64,000 nucleotides of DNA from contig LVLI01000172.1 in the NCBI GenBank assembly GCA_001687465.1, positions 248,001 through 312,000 on the forward strand. The letters are read 5' to 3'. The position numbers and the translations under genes are program-made. This document shows, in pieces, positions 14,501-26,748 of this stretch. Each line of letters starts with the position of its first letter. Position 1 is the first letter of the stretch. This DNA is from Halocafeteria seosinensis. Taxonomy: Eukaryota. The notes beneath the pieces are model-generated. The model saw only the letters and a list, made by a program, of their open reading frames with translations, did no database searches and had not been told where the DNA came from.

Positions 14501-14711
14501 TTTGTACGGCCGTCACTTGGTTATCGAGTGGGCTAAGCAAGAGGACTCTTTGGAAGATCTTCAGGAAAAGGCGAAGCATTCCCATGCGAAAGCTCAAGGT
14601 AAGGACCTTCAAATGATTGAAAAATTTGGTTGTAAAGCTTAATTTATCGTAAAATCATCTTATGCAGGACAAGATGTCGTCCCCAAGCATAAGAAATCTA
14701 GGGTTGTGTGA
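11593..14711 (+). CDS. RBM19: Multiple-RRM pre-rRNA processing protein RBM19/MRD1
   Basis: Multi-exon gene with five RRM-like segments (SRVCVKQLP, GRIFVRNLP, TILVKNLP, VFVKNLNF, KLLVKNLAFEAT) plus family motifs AWNPLF and LYGRHLVIEWA. The inferred short last exon ends at TGA 14709-14711. Confidence 0.93.
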
Positions 14712-15020
14712 AATTCGAACTTCCTAGTGGAGCAGCATCAGATTGCAAACTAGGAGGACTAGGACGCTAAAGAGGACATCATTGCGAGGAAGTACTTAAG
14801 CCTTGCTTCGGATAGATCCCGTGTGCCAGAACTATGGTATGCTTCCTGGCCGGTAGCCTAATGAAATTGCAGGCGTTAACCTCCCAGTTAGCTCACTCAG
14901 ATGTATTACTTAAGTATGCCTACTCCGGAACTGCTTATAGCTCGACGGTTGTCGTTGCATTACGTTCAACTAAAGTCGTTTGGGAGTCAAACACCGACGG
15001 TCAGATTCGTGTGGTCTCGC

Positions 15021-18000
15021 TTAGTCTTCAATGTAGCAGTAGTTCGGTAGTTTAACTTTGAATCCTGTGTATTCCCCCGCAAAGTCTGACGACTGATCCC
15101 CCACTGTTGCACATATGCGATATCCCTGGCGCCTTAAGCTCACACGACTTTCAAACTTAAATTCACTGGCGGTTAATGGGACATTTTTGGCCATCTTGTG
15201 GTTATTGAGTTCCTCTTCCTCTGGCCTCACTATCAAATGCTTGAAAGCGTCGTAACCTGCGCGGATAAGCGCTTCTTTTGTGTGATGTAGTGAGTAGGAA
15301 GGTCTTTCACTGAGGAAAACAATGTCATAGCCTCTCCGTCGCAAGAACTGGTAAAACTCAAACACGGGATACAGAGGCGGGGAATTAGCCAGATGAAACC
15401 AGTCCGGTGATGCCTGCGGAATAGAGTACGTTTACGTCGTAGCGTGAGGGTCGATGAATTTCCAAATACATACCAAGGGTACGCGTTCCAGCTGAGCCTG
15501 AGCGAAATAGGCGAAGGAAGTTAGCGCCGTATCGTCTATATCGAAGATTACAATATCCTTCTCCTTAGCTTTCTTCGTCCTGAAATATCTTCTAGCAACC
15601 TTCAAAGCGAGGCATACCTGCAGCAGGAATCCAGTATGCCACAAAGCAAATTAATGAAGAGTAAATCGATACAGCTGGATTATTAGACTTACTTCTCTGT
15701 AGTATTGGCCACTCTCTATATATCGAAGCATTGATGCTCTGACGGCGGAACCTTCGGTCATGAGATTGATTCTTGAGGGCAGGGTTGAACCCGTCCGTTG
15801 TAAGATCGTCTTCAGTGAGGCCTTTGCGGCAACATACCGGTCGCTCCTCTTAAATTGAAGCCTGTTCGAGCTCCTTGGCCTATCAAGTTTCCTGCGTGAG
15901 AGATCACTTTCTTCTTCGGTGAGCTTTATGTCACGAGTACTATGGAATGCCGCAGTGGATTCAGCATCAGATTCAATGTCCTCGTCTGTCAAAATTATGC
16001 GCGTCCTTTTTCTAATTCTGCGTCCGCTATGAACACTGCGAGGTTTAGACTTGGAGTCTTCCGATATTGGCCTGGGAGCAGTTTCATCCTCGGTGGAGTA
16101 ACGCGAGCTACGTCCGTCCCTTGACTCTGAGTGTCCTGAGTTGGGACGGCAGCCCTGCCGTTCTTCCACAGCCGGCAAGCGTTTAGCACTCGAGGGTGGA
16201 CGGGGAGGCACCATAACAGAAGCTGACTGCGTCTGTTTCAATATCCTTCCTGATCTAAACTGAGGACGTTCGTGCTTTCGCTCAGGATCAGCGATACCGG
16301 GGCTGCTTCCATGGGTGAAACTGCTTGAGCTGCGAAGTTTGGTGGAAGTACACGATACTGGTTCCTCAAATCGTTGAGATTCTGTGATGTTCTCCTTGGG
16401 CGAACTGGAGGTTTCAAAAGATGAGCGCAAGTCCCCGTCGTCGGCGAACGAAGACGATACGTTATTGGATTCTTCTTCGCTACTAGTGGGCGTTTCACTA
16501 GGTTTGCTGGTGATAGCTTCAACGCCAAAACTCGCAAGTGCTTCCGCAGCACGAGAGGTGAGCGGTAGTGAATCTTCATTGTTAGATTTTTCAGATTCAT
16601 TCGATGCAGTGGGCCCCTTAGCGTCTACGGTATCGTTTCCTTGATGGTCATTCGTTCGACTCGGAGACGGTATAAAGTCATTGAAAAAGTCGAAAGCGTC
16701 TATCGACATATGCCGAGTGTCTTTGTCCGGATGATGGCTACCAGTGCTGTCACTATCCGGTTCACTATCACTTTCTTTCTCTGCTGGGGTCGCTGGGTAA
16801 TCTTCCGCAGGAACGATATTCGGCTTAACTTCTCCCGTTGTACCGCAAGCTGCTGGCAAAGACAAACGCCGGCGAGCAGACGCTCTACGCACCTTACCAT
16901 CTCCAGTAGATCTTCGATGAACGCTTGGCCGAGTCCTCGGAGTCGTTAGCGACCAACGTCGCCCCATTCGCTTGTAATCTTTTGCCTCAGAAGAAACGCT
17001 GTCATCCGGAGGTGCAACGCCTATTGAGGTTCGACCACCGCCCTCCCTGCGATGCGGTGGCACAAGGTTTTCTGCAAACTTAGAATACAAAGTCTCATCC
17101 TCCTGATTGGATGGAATCATATATTCATATGGCAATGGTCCAACCGACCGCCTCCGTATCACCTCCTTAAAGTTGTCCTCAAATTGAGGCTGTGTATCCA
17201 AGTGCTCGCCTCTAGGAGGCGCTGGTGCTCCTTCCTCAGTGATCGCCATATTAGCCTTGATAACGGAGGATCTCCTTCGACTTATTGGATTCATTGCCGT
17301 CCCTAAATCCCCGATTAAGGCGAAGTTGAAGCAGACGTCTTGAAACTTTTTCAAGGATGAGAGTCGGTCTGCAGACTGTAATGAAGGATCGTAAAAACTG
17401 CCGATTAGTATCTTGTGGTAGCTTGCCAGAGAGACCTCCCTGGAAAGGGTATACCGGGATTTCCCAACGGTTATTTGTTGTAGAGAGGCAGGAACATTAT
17501 ATCCATCTTTACCAAAATGCTTTGGCCGCTCATAAAGCAGAGACCCTGATGCATTGGAGCAGTACAGACGGTTTTGGTAAATTGTTCTGGACGTTCCTCT
17601 GCAGAAAAACATTGTCGCGCTTTTTGCCGACGACTTTAAGTAAGATATTAGCTCAAGTCTTGCTACTGTAAGAGCCTGATTCTGGGAAGAATACCGTTTC
17701 ATTGCACCAGACGTATCCCCCTCTATAGGAGGCAGTTCATCAGTGCCATACCTGAGACGATCTTGCAGGCGTTTAACGTCTTTAATCAAGGACATGCTCC
17801 CTGGATCCTCATCGAACAGTTGATGCAGTTCTGGGACTGCTTCGTTATAATTCGAAGCAGTTACTCTGGCTTTCATTTCAGCTGCCGTTAACATGCTCGC
17901 AATCTCATTGTCGTATGGATCCAACCGTAAACCAATTCTAAAAGCCATGATCGCGTCTGAGAATTGGAATGCCCGCATCAAGGCAATTCCGAGCAAGTAT

Positions 18001-19293
18001 TGTAAGCGAGAGCTGTTGGGCACCAGGTGAACAGCACGTCTACCTAGGTTGATAGCATCCTTGACTCTGCCAAATTCCAGAAGCTGGCTCATTGCCATCC
18101 GATATGACGGCTGGTGGAGAGGGTGAGACTTAACTGACGCAAACAACGATACAAGAGCGGCCCTTCGAAAGCCTTGTAACCTGTACAGGAAATGCGGTAG
18201 ATTTGAACTATCGCAAGTTATCCATAGGGAAGCGCTGCCTCGAAGACAAACTTACATTTTTTGAAGGGCGCGTTGGAACTCTGGAATAAGCTCCTGGAGA
18301 TAACGTCGTGGAACGTTCCGGATCAAATTGCCTTGATAGTACGTTTGGATGGTATAATTGCCATCATCTTGCTGTGTTTTGACAGAATAGAGATTCACAC
18401 AGTTCTGATTCCAAGATGTATAGAAAGAAGAGTGTTCAGATTCCCAATACGCACATATTCGTAAACGACTCCCCCAAAAAGTTGATGCGTCCATTCCCGA
18501 GGGTCACCGTATCCCTCAGTGTTCAGGTATACCGGTTCCACTGCCATCTTGCTCTCCTTTCTCTTCTTATTCGTGAGTGCATCCAATTTTGGCAGTCTTG
18601 CAAAGACATGAGTTCCGCGATGCAGGTAGTCAGTGTTCGTATACAAACCTGCAATCTATGTGGGAAACAGCCGTTATTATTAACATGAGATATGGTCGGA
18701 AAAGGCGTACGTACCGTCGCAAGGGATCTGCGAGTTAAAATAAGACTACTATTTACCATACCAATAAATCTACATCGTCCCGCATGCATACTTACTTGAA
18801 TCCTATGTCCAGCCAGATGAATGTTGGTTCGGCCTAAGAAGCATCCATTGCCGTCGAGCAGTAAACTCTCTGCCAAGTTTTCAGGAGCCGTCACTTGTTT
18901 GATGTTTGAGCTCTTTCGTCCAGGTTGACGATAATAGAGCCTATCAGTGTCATCGAGACGCGCTTGGCGCAACTGGTTCTTCTCATCCTCAAAACGCTCG
19001 TCCACATGAATTCGTCGCCGTAACGTACCTAAGTAATGGTCCCTCCCCTTGAGTACATCGTTGGCCTGATGATGCGAAAACTTGAACACAGAGACCCGAA
19101 CACCCGTTATATCACACACGAACTCTCGTTTGTCCTGTCCGGCACGTTTTTCCTCCCATTGGTCGATGCGATCCTGCAAGGCAGCCTTTTCTTGAAGTAC
19201 CGACCTGTTTCTCTCCCTCCTTTCATCTCCTCGGACGATTTCCTGGAGGATATGGGATCGATTACCACCCTCCCCGCGAGTATCCGTGTCCAT
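15021..19293 (-). CDS. Multidomain protein: Tudor/SH3-like region, TPR repeats, disordered linker, C-terminal HAD class IIIB acid phosphatase
   Basis: Inferred exons 19293-18796, 18727-18715, 18648-18455, 18371-18256, 18180-15693, 15617-15474, 15413-15021 join in frame. HAD motifs IFDIDDT, FLSER, K and VGDQSSDF..KLPN; TPR-like YLLGIALMRAFQFSDAIMAFRIGLRLDP. Start codon uncertain. Confidence 0.75.
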
Positions 19294-19735
19294 GACTAGC
19301 ACCTCGCCGTTAGACTACTTGCCACTGGAGAGATATACTATCAAAACATGATAGCAGATTACAATTGTAGAATTCCTGGTCGCACGATGAGCCCGTCGCA
19401 CCTTGACTCCGAGTCTCAGCCCCACAACGGCCAACCTTGCAACGGGATCACGATTGGTAAAAAAATTTGGCTTTTGAGTGGGAATCTACCTTTTCCATTG
19501 AAGGATGCATACAGATGGAACTTTTTGAACACTGTTGGCTCTATGTTCATTGGTGTCGAGATCATCTAAGTTAAATGACGGAATTCGTTTCGACACTGTG
19601 GCGTTGCTCAATCTCCGTCCACAAGGCAAGGGAGGAAGCGGCAAGCAACAAACAAAATTGTATATGCGAGTGCCTTCTAGTTTAATTCTTCAATCGAATG
19701 CCGTAGGTACACCGGGATGTATATGCCAAACGGTG

Positions 19736-21712
19736 CTAGGATCTCCGAAGTTCTACTCCTCCTAGCCGAGGTAACGATGTGGAGATGCCAACATCTGACG
19801 GCGGTTCAGAAGGACGCTTTGCGACTGGAGGCGCCCTTGGAGCTGTGGGTCTTGGTTGAGACGATGGAGTGTCGCGAGAAGTACGACTTGTAGACGCATT
19901 AGACACAGGGGCGTGTATCGCATGAGCCTGTGCGCATCCATGGCTTGTTTGAGAGTATGCCGATGAACCATATGCTGGGGCGGGCATTGGTGAACTCTTT
20001 TCGGGGTAGTTCTGTGTTCTCTCGCGACTTCTATGGGATGGACTTGTGGATGGAGCCTTCTTCTGAGGAGTTACATACCCCTGGTGCGCATTGCTGTTGT
20101 TGGCATACGCGGGAGGGCGAAGAGATGCCGAATTATGTGCCGGTAACGGTTGAGATAGTGTCTGAGACAGCAATCGAAGACAGTCATCGAGAGTAGCCTT
20201 GAACTTTGACCAGCTCTTGAGCAATGCCTCAATGCTACCCATGTTCTCTGCAGCGAGACACTGTTCTAAGAGTTCCGATTGTACACGCTCCTGTGTTTCC
20301 TTTAGCTGGAGCGCGTCCGCTTCATTACGCGGTATCCGCTGAAGCACTGCGAAAAACGAATCAATTATTTCCTTCACATAGTTTCGTACACTTGAATCAT
20401 ATCTCAGCACCGCATTGGTATCTTTGCTACGTCTGGGAGTCATGGGGGAACCATTATTATGCGAACCACCGTCCCGGCTTCGAGGGCTCCTCCCGTGGTT
20501 GCTCCGCTTATCTAGCTGATTCCTTAAATCAACTATATATTTTGATAGTTCGTCATGCTGTTGTCGCCACATTTGTTCTTGCTGTTTCCAATAACGATGA
20601 ATACTCTCCCATTGTGCGTGGTTGTCATTCCAAGATCGCTCCCGCTCTTCAATTTGCTTTTCCCTCTCCTGCCACGCTTTTCTCCATTCTTCCTCCCGTC
20701 CCCGAAGTATTTTTTGCCAGTAAGAATCTTCGTTTTCTGTGTCTTCCATTATAACGCTCAGACGGTGCTCCGTTGAGTCGTCTAAGCTCTTGGGCTGACC
20801 ACCATTGAACGATGAGTATTCAAAAGGAATTAAATCGTCCTCTCGTAGCACTTCATCTTGCGATGAAGCAGAATCGACGCTATTGAGTCTTTCACCAAAG
20901 AATTTTACTTTTTTGCTGGAACTAGTTGGAGAGGCCTCTTGGTTCTTTTCCTTTACTTGTGGCTCAGGTGGACTGCGTTTCTTGGCGCCGCTATAATGTG
21001 CCAATTGGGCTATCGCGTGTATAGTTTTGCCACTGAATTTCTTGAAATCGTGCCGAATAAACTCTTCGAACCTTATGTGAGCAAACCGAATTTGTTCGAG
21101 AGCATCTTTGATCCTCCTTTTCTTTCGCACTAGTAACTCGGTTAGTTCCTCCTTCATATGGTAGTTATCCTCCAAGCTCTTGTTGAGCCGCGCTTCGAGT
21201 GAATGTATCCTGTTTATCAGGTTCTCTCTTTGCTTTGGTGATTCTTTCTGTTGGATACGATTCGGTGATTCGCCTTGCAGACTGGATCGCTCACGGATGG
21301 TACATGTTGCCTGATAGATTGATCTTGTCAGGAATGCCCTGTGAGGAGAGCTTCGAGTTTCTGTCCTCTCATATTTGGGGGTATGTGACGAAAGCTGCGA
21401 TGCAGTGTATGACCTTGTCAGAGGTGAAGATGAATACGGCCGAGCCCTCGGAGGGCTAACTGCAGAGGGTGTACCCGAAGTTTCCCAGTTTCGATCCGGG
21501 TTCCGTTCACTAAATGACCGTTCTAATTTCCTAGAAGTCGGGGGAGAATTCGACGAACGCGTTCGTTCACCCGCCGGTGGTTGCCGACTGCTCCAGGATG
21601 ACGACGGGGACAATTCACGGTGTTGATATTTCTGCGAACTTCCGGCACTGGAGTGGGAACGAGGGGAATAGGATTGCTTCATGGTCCGTAATTCTTCCGC
21701 CATATCTCCCAT
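19736..21712 (-). CDS. Hypothetical Ser/Pro-rich coiled-coil protein
   Basis: Uninterrupted 658-aa ATG-initiated ORF with a W/E/Q-rich helical segment; no family recognised. Confidence 0.7.
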   Translation of the reverse strand: MGDMAEELRTMKQSYSPRSHSSAGSSQKYQHRELSPSSSWSSRQPPAGERTRSSNSPPTSRKLERSFSERNPDRNWETSGTPSAVSPPRARPYSSSPLTRSYTASQLSSHTPKYERTETRSSPHRAFLTRSIYQATCTIRERSSLQGESPNRIQQKESPKQRENLINRIHSLEARLNKSLEDNYHMKEELTELLVRKKRRIKDALEQIRFAHIRFEEFIRHDFKKFSGKTIHAIAQLAHYSGAKKRSPPEPQVKEKNQEASPTSSSKKVKFFGERLNSVDSASSQDEVLREDDLIPFEYSSFNGGQPKSLDDSTEHRLSVIMEDTENEDSYWQKILRGREEEWRKAWQEREKQIEERERSWNDNHAQWESIHRYWKQQEQMWRQQHDELSKYIVDLRNQLDKRSNHGRSPRSRDGGSHNNGSPMTPRRSKDTNAVLRYDSSVRNYVKEIIDSFFAVLQRIPRNEADALQLKETQERVQSELLEQCLAAENMGSIEALLKSWSKFKATLDDCLRLLSQTLSQPLPAHNSASLRPPAYANNSNAHQGYVTPQKKAPSTSPSHRSRERTQNYPEKSSPMPAPAYGSSAYSQTSHGCAQAHAIHAPVSNASTSRTSRDTPSSQPRPTAPRAPPVAKRPSEPPSDVGISTSLPRLGGVELRRS

Positions 21713-22252
21713 TTGGTCCAGAAGTTCCCACAGAGTATTTCTGACAGACAGACAGACATACAGGCGTACTCGAGCACAAGCACACCCTTTCTCGTTGGTG
21801 GTGAACTTACTGGTCTAAATTGCCGGGCTTACCACTCGTACCACCACTCATTGTGGTGGTTCGCTTCTCTGTGTCTGTTAAACTACCGGTATTGGATAGG
21901 GCTCACTTCCTACTACTACTGAAATTTCATGCCCGTATCCCTCCTTATTGCATGCATGCTTTTGCCAACTGGTGAACTGGAGCCACGGAGACACTCCCAA
22001 GGAACAAAATACTGCCCGTGATGGAATCAAACTGGCAGCATAGCAACCCAAATAAGCTCTCTCAAGGGGTCAAGCGCGCTCTAACCGTCAAGACAGCAAT
22101 CAAATCGTCGACTTAATTCAAACATTCAAATGAGTGAGGATATCATATTGTCCTAATGTGATGGGTTGTACGGTATATAGGGATATATGCACCTTTGTCT
22201 ATATGCCTTGTTTTGTCGGAGAGCAACAGAGGGAAACATTAGAGGGATAAAA

Positions 22253-25200
22253 ATGGAGGAAGAGGAAAGTGTGTCTTCGATCCGGGAAGATCACCACTTC
22301 CAAACGGGACGGAATGAGTCCTATAACAAGCCACAGACGGCTTCCCAGTCATTCACGTCCCGTGATGAAGATGAAGTAGAGGAGGAAGATGAGACCTACT
22401 CGTTCACGTTCGAGGAGCAGCAGGAGGGAAGTGAGTACTCGTCGTTCAACCGTGAGGAAGAGGAGGAAGAGACAGCTACACGAAGCAGTTTGGACAGCTC
22501 TCAACGACCTATACGGTCCTCCCGCAGTCGAAGGGACAAGAATACCGAGCATGAAGAGGAGGCGAGTAGGTACAGAAGAAGAAAGCACCGAGAGTATACC
22601 GACGAGGAAGAAAGCATGGCTATGAAACGCCAAGTACCCAACGGCGAGTTACGCCAGAAAGTGTACAAGACACTGGCGAAAGACGGCGTCATTCAAAAGG
22701 CGACAGCGTTGATGCGAGAACATGTTATTCGAGCGTTGTACAAGGGCGGCAAGAATGGGGTATCCAAGCAAAAATTGGATGGTACTACAACGGACCCTAC
22801 AGATAGTAATGGAACGTCCACGGAAATGACACTTCTCTCGGATGGACTGGTGCTGGAACATCTTGTCCGGAAACAGTATTCCAGTTCCGCTAGTGTTTTT
22901 GAAGCTGAGGCAGTGAAGGGGTGCACAACATTGGCGGATAATCGTGCGGCCATTCGACGGGTATGTTCCATCGCGACCTGACTTGGACTCTACGTCTTCG
23001 GTGTGTATGAGTATTTGTGTATGAGTGCAGCAACTGGGAATACCTAACGAAGATGATGATGATCATTCATATATGTCCTTGCTTGAGAATTTGTTACTGA
23101 AAATTCCCACTTACATAGGTGAGACGAAGGACAGAACGAAGCAAACTGATGCAACATCCAACAAGCCAATCTCTCTGTGTAAGTTCGGTGTCCAGAGGAG
23201 GTACTCGCTTCTATATTTTGATCGGGTTTTATCGAAATGTGCAGCGGATCGGCTTGCGCGTGTCCAATCCAAGTATGAATCATATACCCCCAATCAGCAC
23301 GAGCTAAATGAAAGAATGGCACGTTATCAAGCAGAATGTGACGCTAGAACTCGGGAAGAAATTGATGCTCAGGTGGCTCAAATACGGCAAGTAGAGTTGA
23401 CTCGACTGCGGCGGCAGTTGACTGGTCAATTCCAAGAAGAGAAGGAGCAGCTTCGGAACCAGTTTCAGGAAGAGTATAAGCAGAAGTACAAAGAGCAGAT
23501 GGACAGGTTAGAACAAGAGCGTCAACGCTTGCATCAGCAACGCAGGGATCTCGAGCAAGAGCAGTATGAATCTCGACAGAAAATTCTCCTGGATTTAGGT
23601 AAGCTGCGAGAGCGGGAAAACGAATTAAAGCGTTCCTCAGAGTTAGACTCTAGAGCTCTGGAATGGGAGAGAAAGAAAGTACAAGAGCTTGAAGATCAAA
23701 TGCGTGGACGGGCTTATGTTAACTACCAATTTCAGAAAGAAGGATTAGGAACATCGGGTCCCCAATATAAGGCCTCAGAGACTCAAACGGAAGGTTCTCG
23801 TCCGGGGGATGCGGACGCCGAGTCAGAAGTGAAGGCGCAGGACGAATTACAGTCATTGAAAGAGAGCTACTCAAAGCTCGAAAAAGAGAATGAGCAACTT
23901 CATAGCGAATGTGAAGAACTAAGGATGGAGTTGGAGGACGCTAAGAAGAAAGTTTCGTCAGTCTCATCGAAGAATTCCGAGTACGAGCAAACAATCCAAG
24001 AAAAGGACAATCAACTTTTGTCAACTGAAAGACAACTACAATGGAAGCTCAAGAAGGAACTCGAACAGCTGGAATGGGAAAAGCAATATCAGCAGGACCA
24101 ACGAGAGCGTGAATGGAAAAATGCTTATTCTAAACTATCCAGTCAAATCGAAGACTTGAAAGCCGAGCGACAGGAGCTGGAAGAAAGGGTTTCTGACGCG
24201 AGATCCAACGAAGAAGCCGCCCGTAGGGAAGTAAAAGAACTTTCGCGACTTCTAGATGCCGCTAAACAGAGTTTGCGAGAACCGCAGTGGAAAAAATCGT
24301 TGGAAGACATGACAAACTCAGCGCGGAAAAGCGTACGCCCACCTGTTGCATCCCGTACCGACCCGAGGTCACTGGTCAAGAACATGCATTCTTGGCCATC
24401 GGAAACGGATAATAAGCCACCTGTATACTTCACAGCTCAGCCCGGGTTCCACCCGCTGCAGCAATCTCAGGCGTACGAGCAGAACGTTTACACGATGGGT
24501 GGAAACGCTGACGCAGGCAGGCACTGGATGGCTCAGACTGACTCTATCTCACAGGGAGGACATCCCCCTTCGTCCGCGAGTACTTTCAACGGCTCTGAAG
24601 TGCAGAACATGTATCAACATCTAGAATCCCCTTGGGTCGGGGCTTATCCTAGTACTCACTCTCAGCTGGGGAACCGTGCGCCAAATCACGGTGAGAGTAC
24701 AATAGGGGCCCAATTTTCTTGGACGACAAGGTCAGACTTCAGTGCCACGAAGTTAACAACGACATCTGGTATGGAGCATAGAGACCCTGCAGAAGCAAAC
24801 GAGGGGACCAAGACGCAACAGAAAACAGATTGGGCCGATAAACGCTCAACTACGACTTCAGTTGGTACAGATGGATTTTACAGCGGAGGCCGGAGCCTTC
24901 CAGTTTCCTCTCAAGAAGTTGGCGGGCTTCGGAATGATACTCCTCATATGGCAGGGGAGACTTCACATCCAACCCTGACGACTGCTGCTTCTGCTGGAAT
25001 AGCGGCTCCTAAACGTATCTTTACGAGCGCTCCAGAAACCCTTCACACCAGTCAGGTTGCCCGTCGCGACAGTTCAAGTAGCGCAACAGAACCCGATAGT
25101 AACGTTCGCACCACCGATGCAATCGCCGCAAAGGGACAACCCGAACATATACCATCGACAACTTTGACGAGAGCCATCGAAGTCGGCTCTCGGGCTGAAC

Positions 25201-25802
25201 CTGAAAGCAGAGTTGACTCGTGCCACGATGCTACGGAAAATACGTCGCAATACGGAGATTATCAAGCCTCTAACGTTGCCAGTGAACCGACATCCGTTCA
25301 TCAACCACAAAAGGCTCCTTTAGCAGAGACTGAGGTACAAAATTCTGTTTCGTCACAAAGAGAAACAAATAGAGCACTATTTGGCGATGCCACTTCAGCC
25401 GTAACAGAGGGGGGTGAACCAGTGTCCGTCTCATTATCAGTAGAGGTTAGTAGCGTATCATCTGTAGGAAATGCTGTGGAGATTTCGAAGTCGTCCGTGG
25501 ACACAAGCGTGGCTCCAACGTCCTCGACTGCTAGCTCTGCGACGGCTTCGCCAACAAAAGGATCGATGGAAGAATATCAACGGCGAGCAAGGGAACGTTT
25601 AGAGCAGCGTCAACAGGAAGAGTATGCTCCTAGTCAAGGCGAAATGAATATGGAGGATATAGCCTTGGACGACGACGACGATGACGAAGAGGTTGTAGTG
25701 GGTGGAGTTCAACAAACCGCTGAGACTGCCTCCTCTGAAAATGAGTCTTCTCCGATTAGCGAAGATTCAGGGTCCAGTGAGGAATCCGTTGAATGGTTCT
25801 AA
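22253..25802 (+). CDS. OFD1: OFD1-like centriolar LisH/coiled-coil protein
   Basis: ELRQKVYKTLAKDGVI..MREHVIRAL followed by a LisH-like LVLEHLVRKQYSSSASVFEAEA, then a long coiled coil, as in the OFD1 N-terminus. Intron 22961-23030 and a probable second in-frame intron near 23180-23245. Confidence 0.75.
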
Positions 25803-25954
25803 TTGCTATAAAGTAGAATATAACCTTCAGATAGTCGGTGTATGCTCCTCCCGTTGCAGAGTAGGTTAATGTCATAGCTTCTGTAACTCTTTTATCTCAG
25901 GACACTTGGACGAAAGATGGTTGCAAGCATGAAAAATGCACGAACGTTGGATCC

Positions 25955-26480
25955 CTACTTCTTGCCTGATTTCCATGAGCTGTGACTCGTCCAGGCTCTG
26001 CATACATTGGAATATGACATCCCGTGTTACATACATAGAGATGGAAGCAAAGCTCCAGGATTCCACGACGTACTTTACATCTTCTGTGGGGACATTAGCT
26101 TTTTTCGAAGAGACTTGTTTGGGGACAATTCCAGTGACCTTCACACCCTTCCCTGTCGCTTGCTTCTTGCCAGAGGTACTACTCTTGTTCTTTTCCTCGC
26201 GTGGGCGCTTGTCATTTCTTGCTTGCTGTGTACCCTTGTCCTCTCTGAATAATGCTGCTGCTGAGGTGAGTTTCCTGGGTTGGTTTGTCGTGCTCGAACT
26301 CGACGCCACCACTTTCGAGTCGCTCGTGCTCATGGTTCCGGCCTGCTGAGACCTTGTGGAAGAGGGTGAGACTGTCTGGGACGCCGAATGACTGCTATGA
26401 CCACTATAAGAGCCTTGATTCTGTCTTCCACCCGAGGCAGTCTCCTCCTCTTCGCTGCTGTACTCGCCCAATAAATCCAT
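25955..26480 (-). CDS. Small C1orf52/UPF0690-like protein
   Basis: MDLLGEYSSEEEE start, LTSAAALF and VPKQV..KANVPTEDV motifs. Exons 26480-26074 and 25997-25955 joined by a GT-AG intron. Confidence 0.55.
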
Positions 26481-26748
26481 TTTCTATTATTTTTCCCTCC
26501 AGAACTGGTTAGGGACATTCATAACTAACTAACCAGGATCATTTCATTCATGTGCCATTGATTGATTGACAATCAGTAAAGGTGAATAGACTCAAGTAGA
26601 CGAAAAGATTGCTTCCTTGATTTGACTAGTTCCATAGTAGAGGCCAATGGCGCCTCTATATAAGGTTAGTGGCGAGATTTTCACCCATCGTATGGTATGG
26701 TATACTCCGTCAGCCTCAGTATGACACTTGTAACCGAAACTCGGTGAA

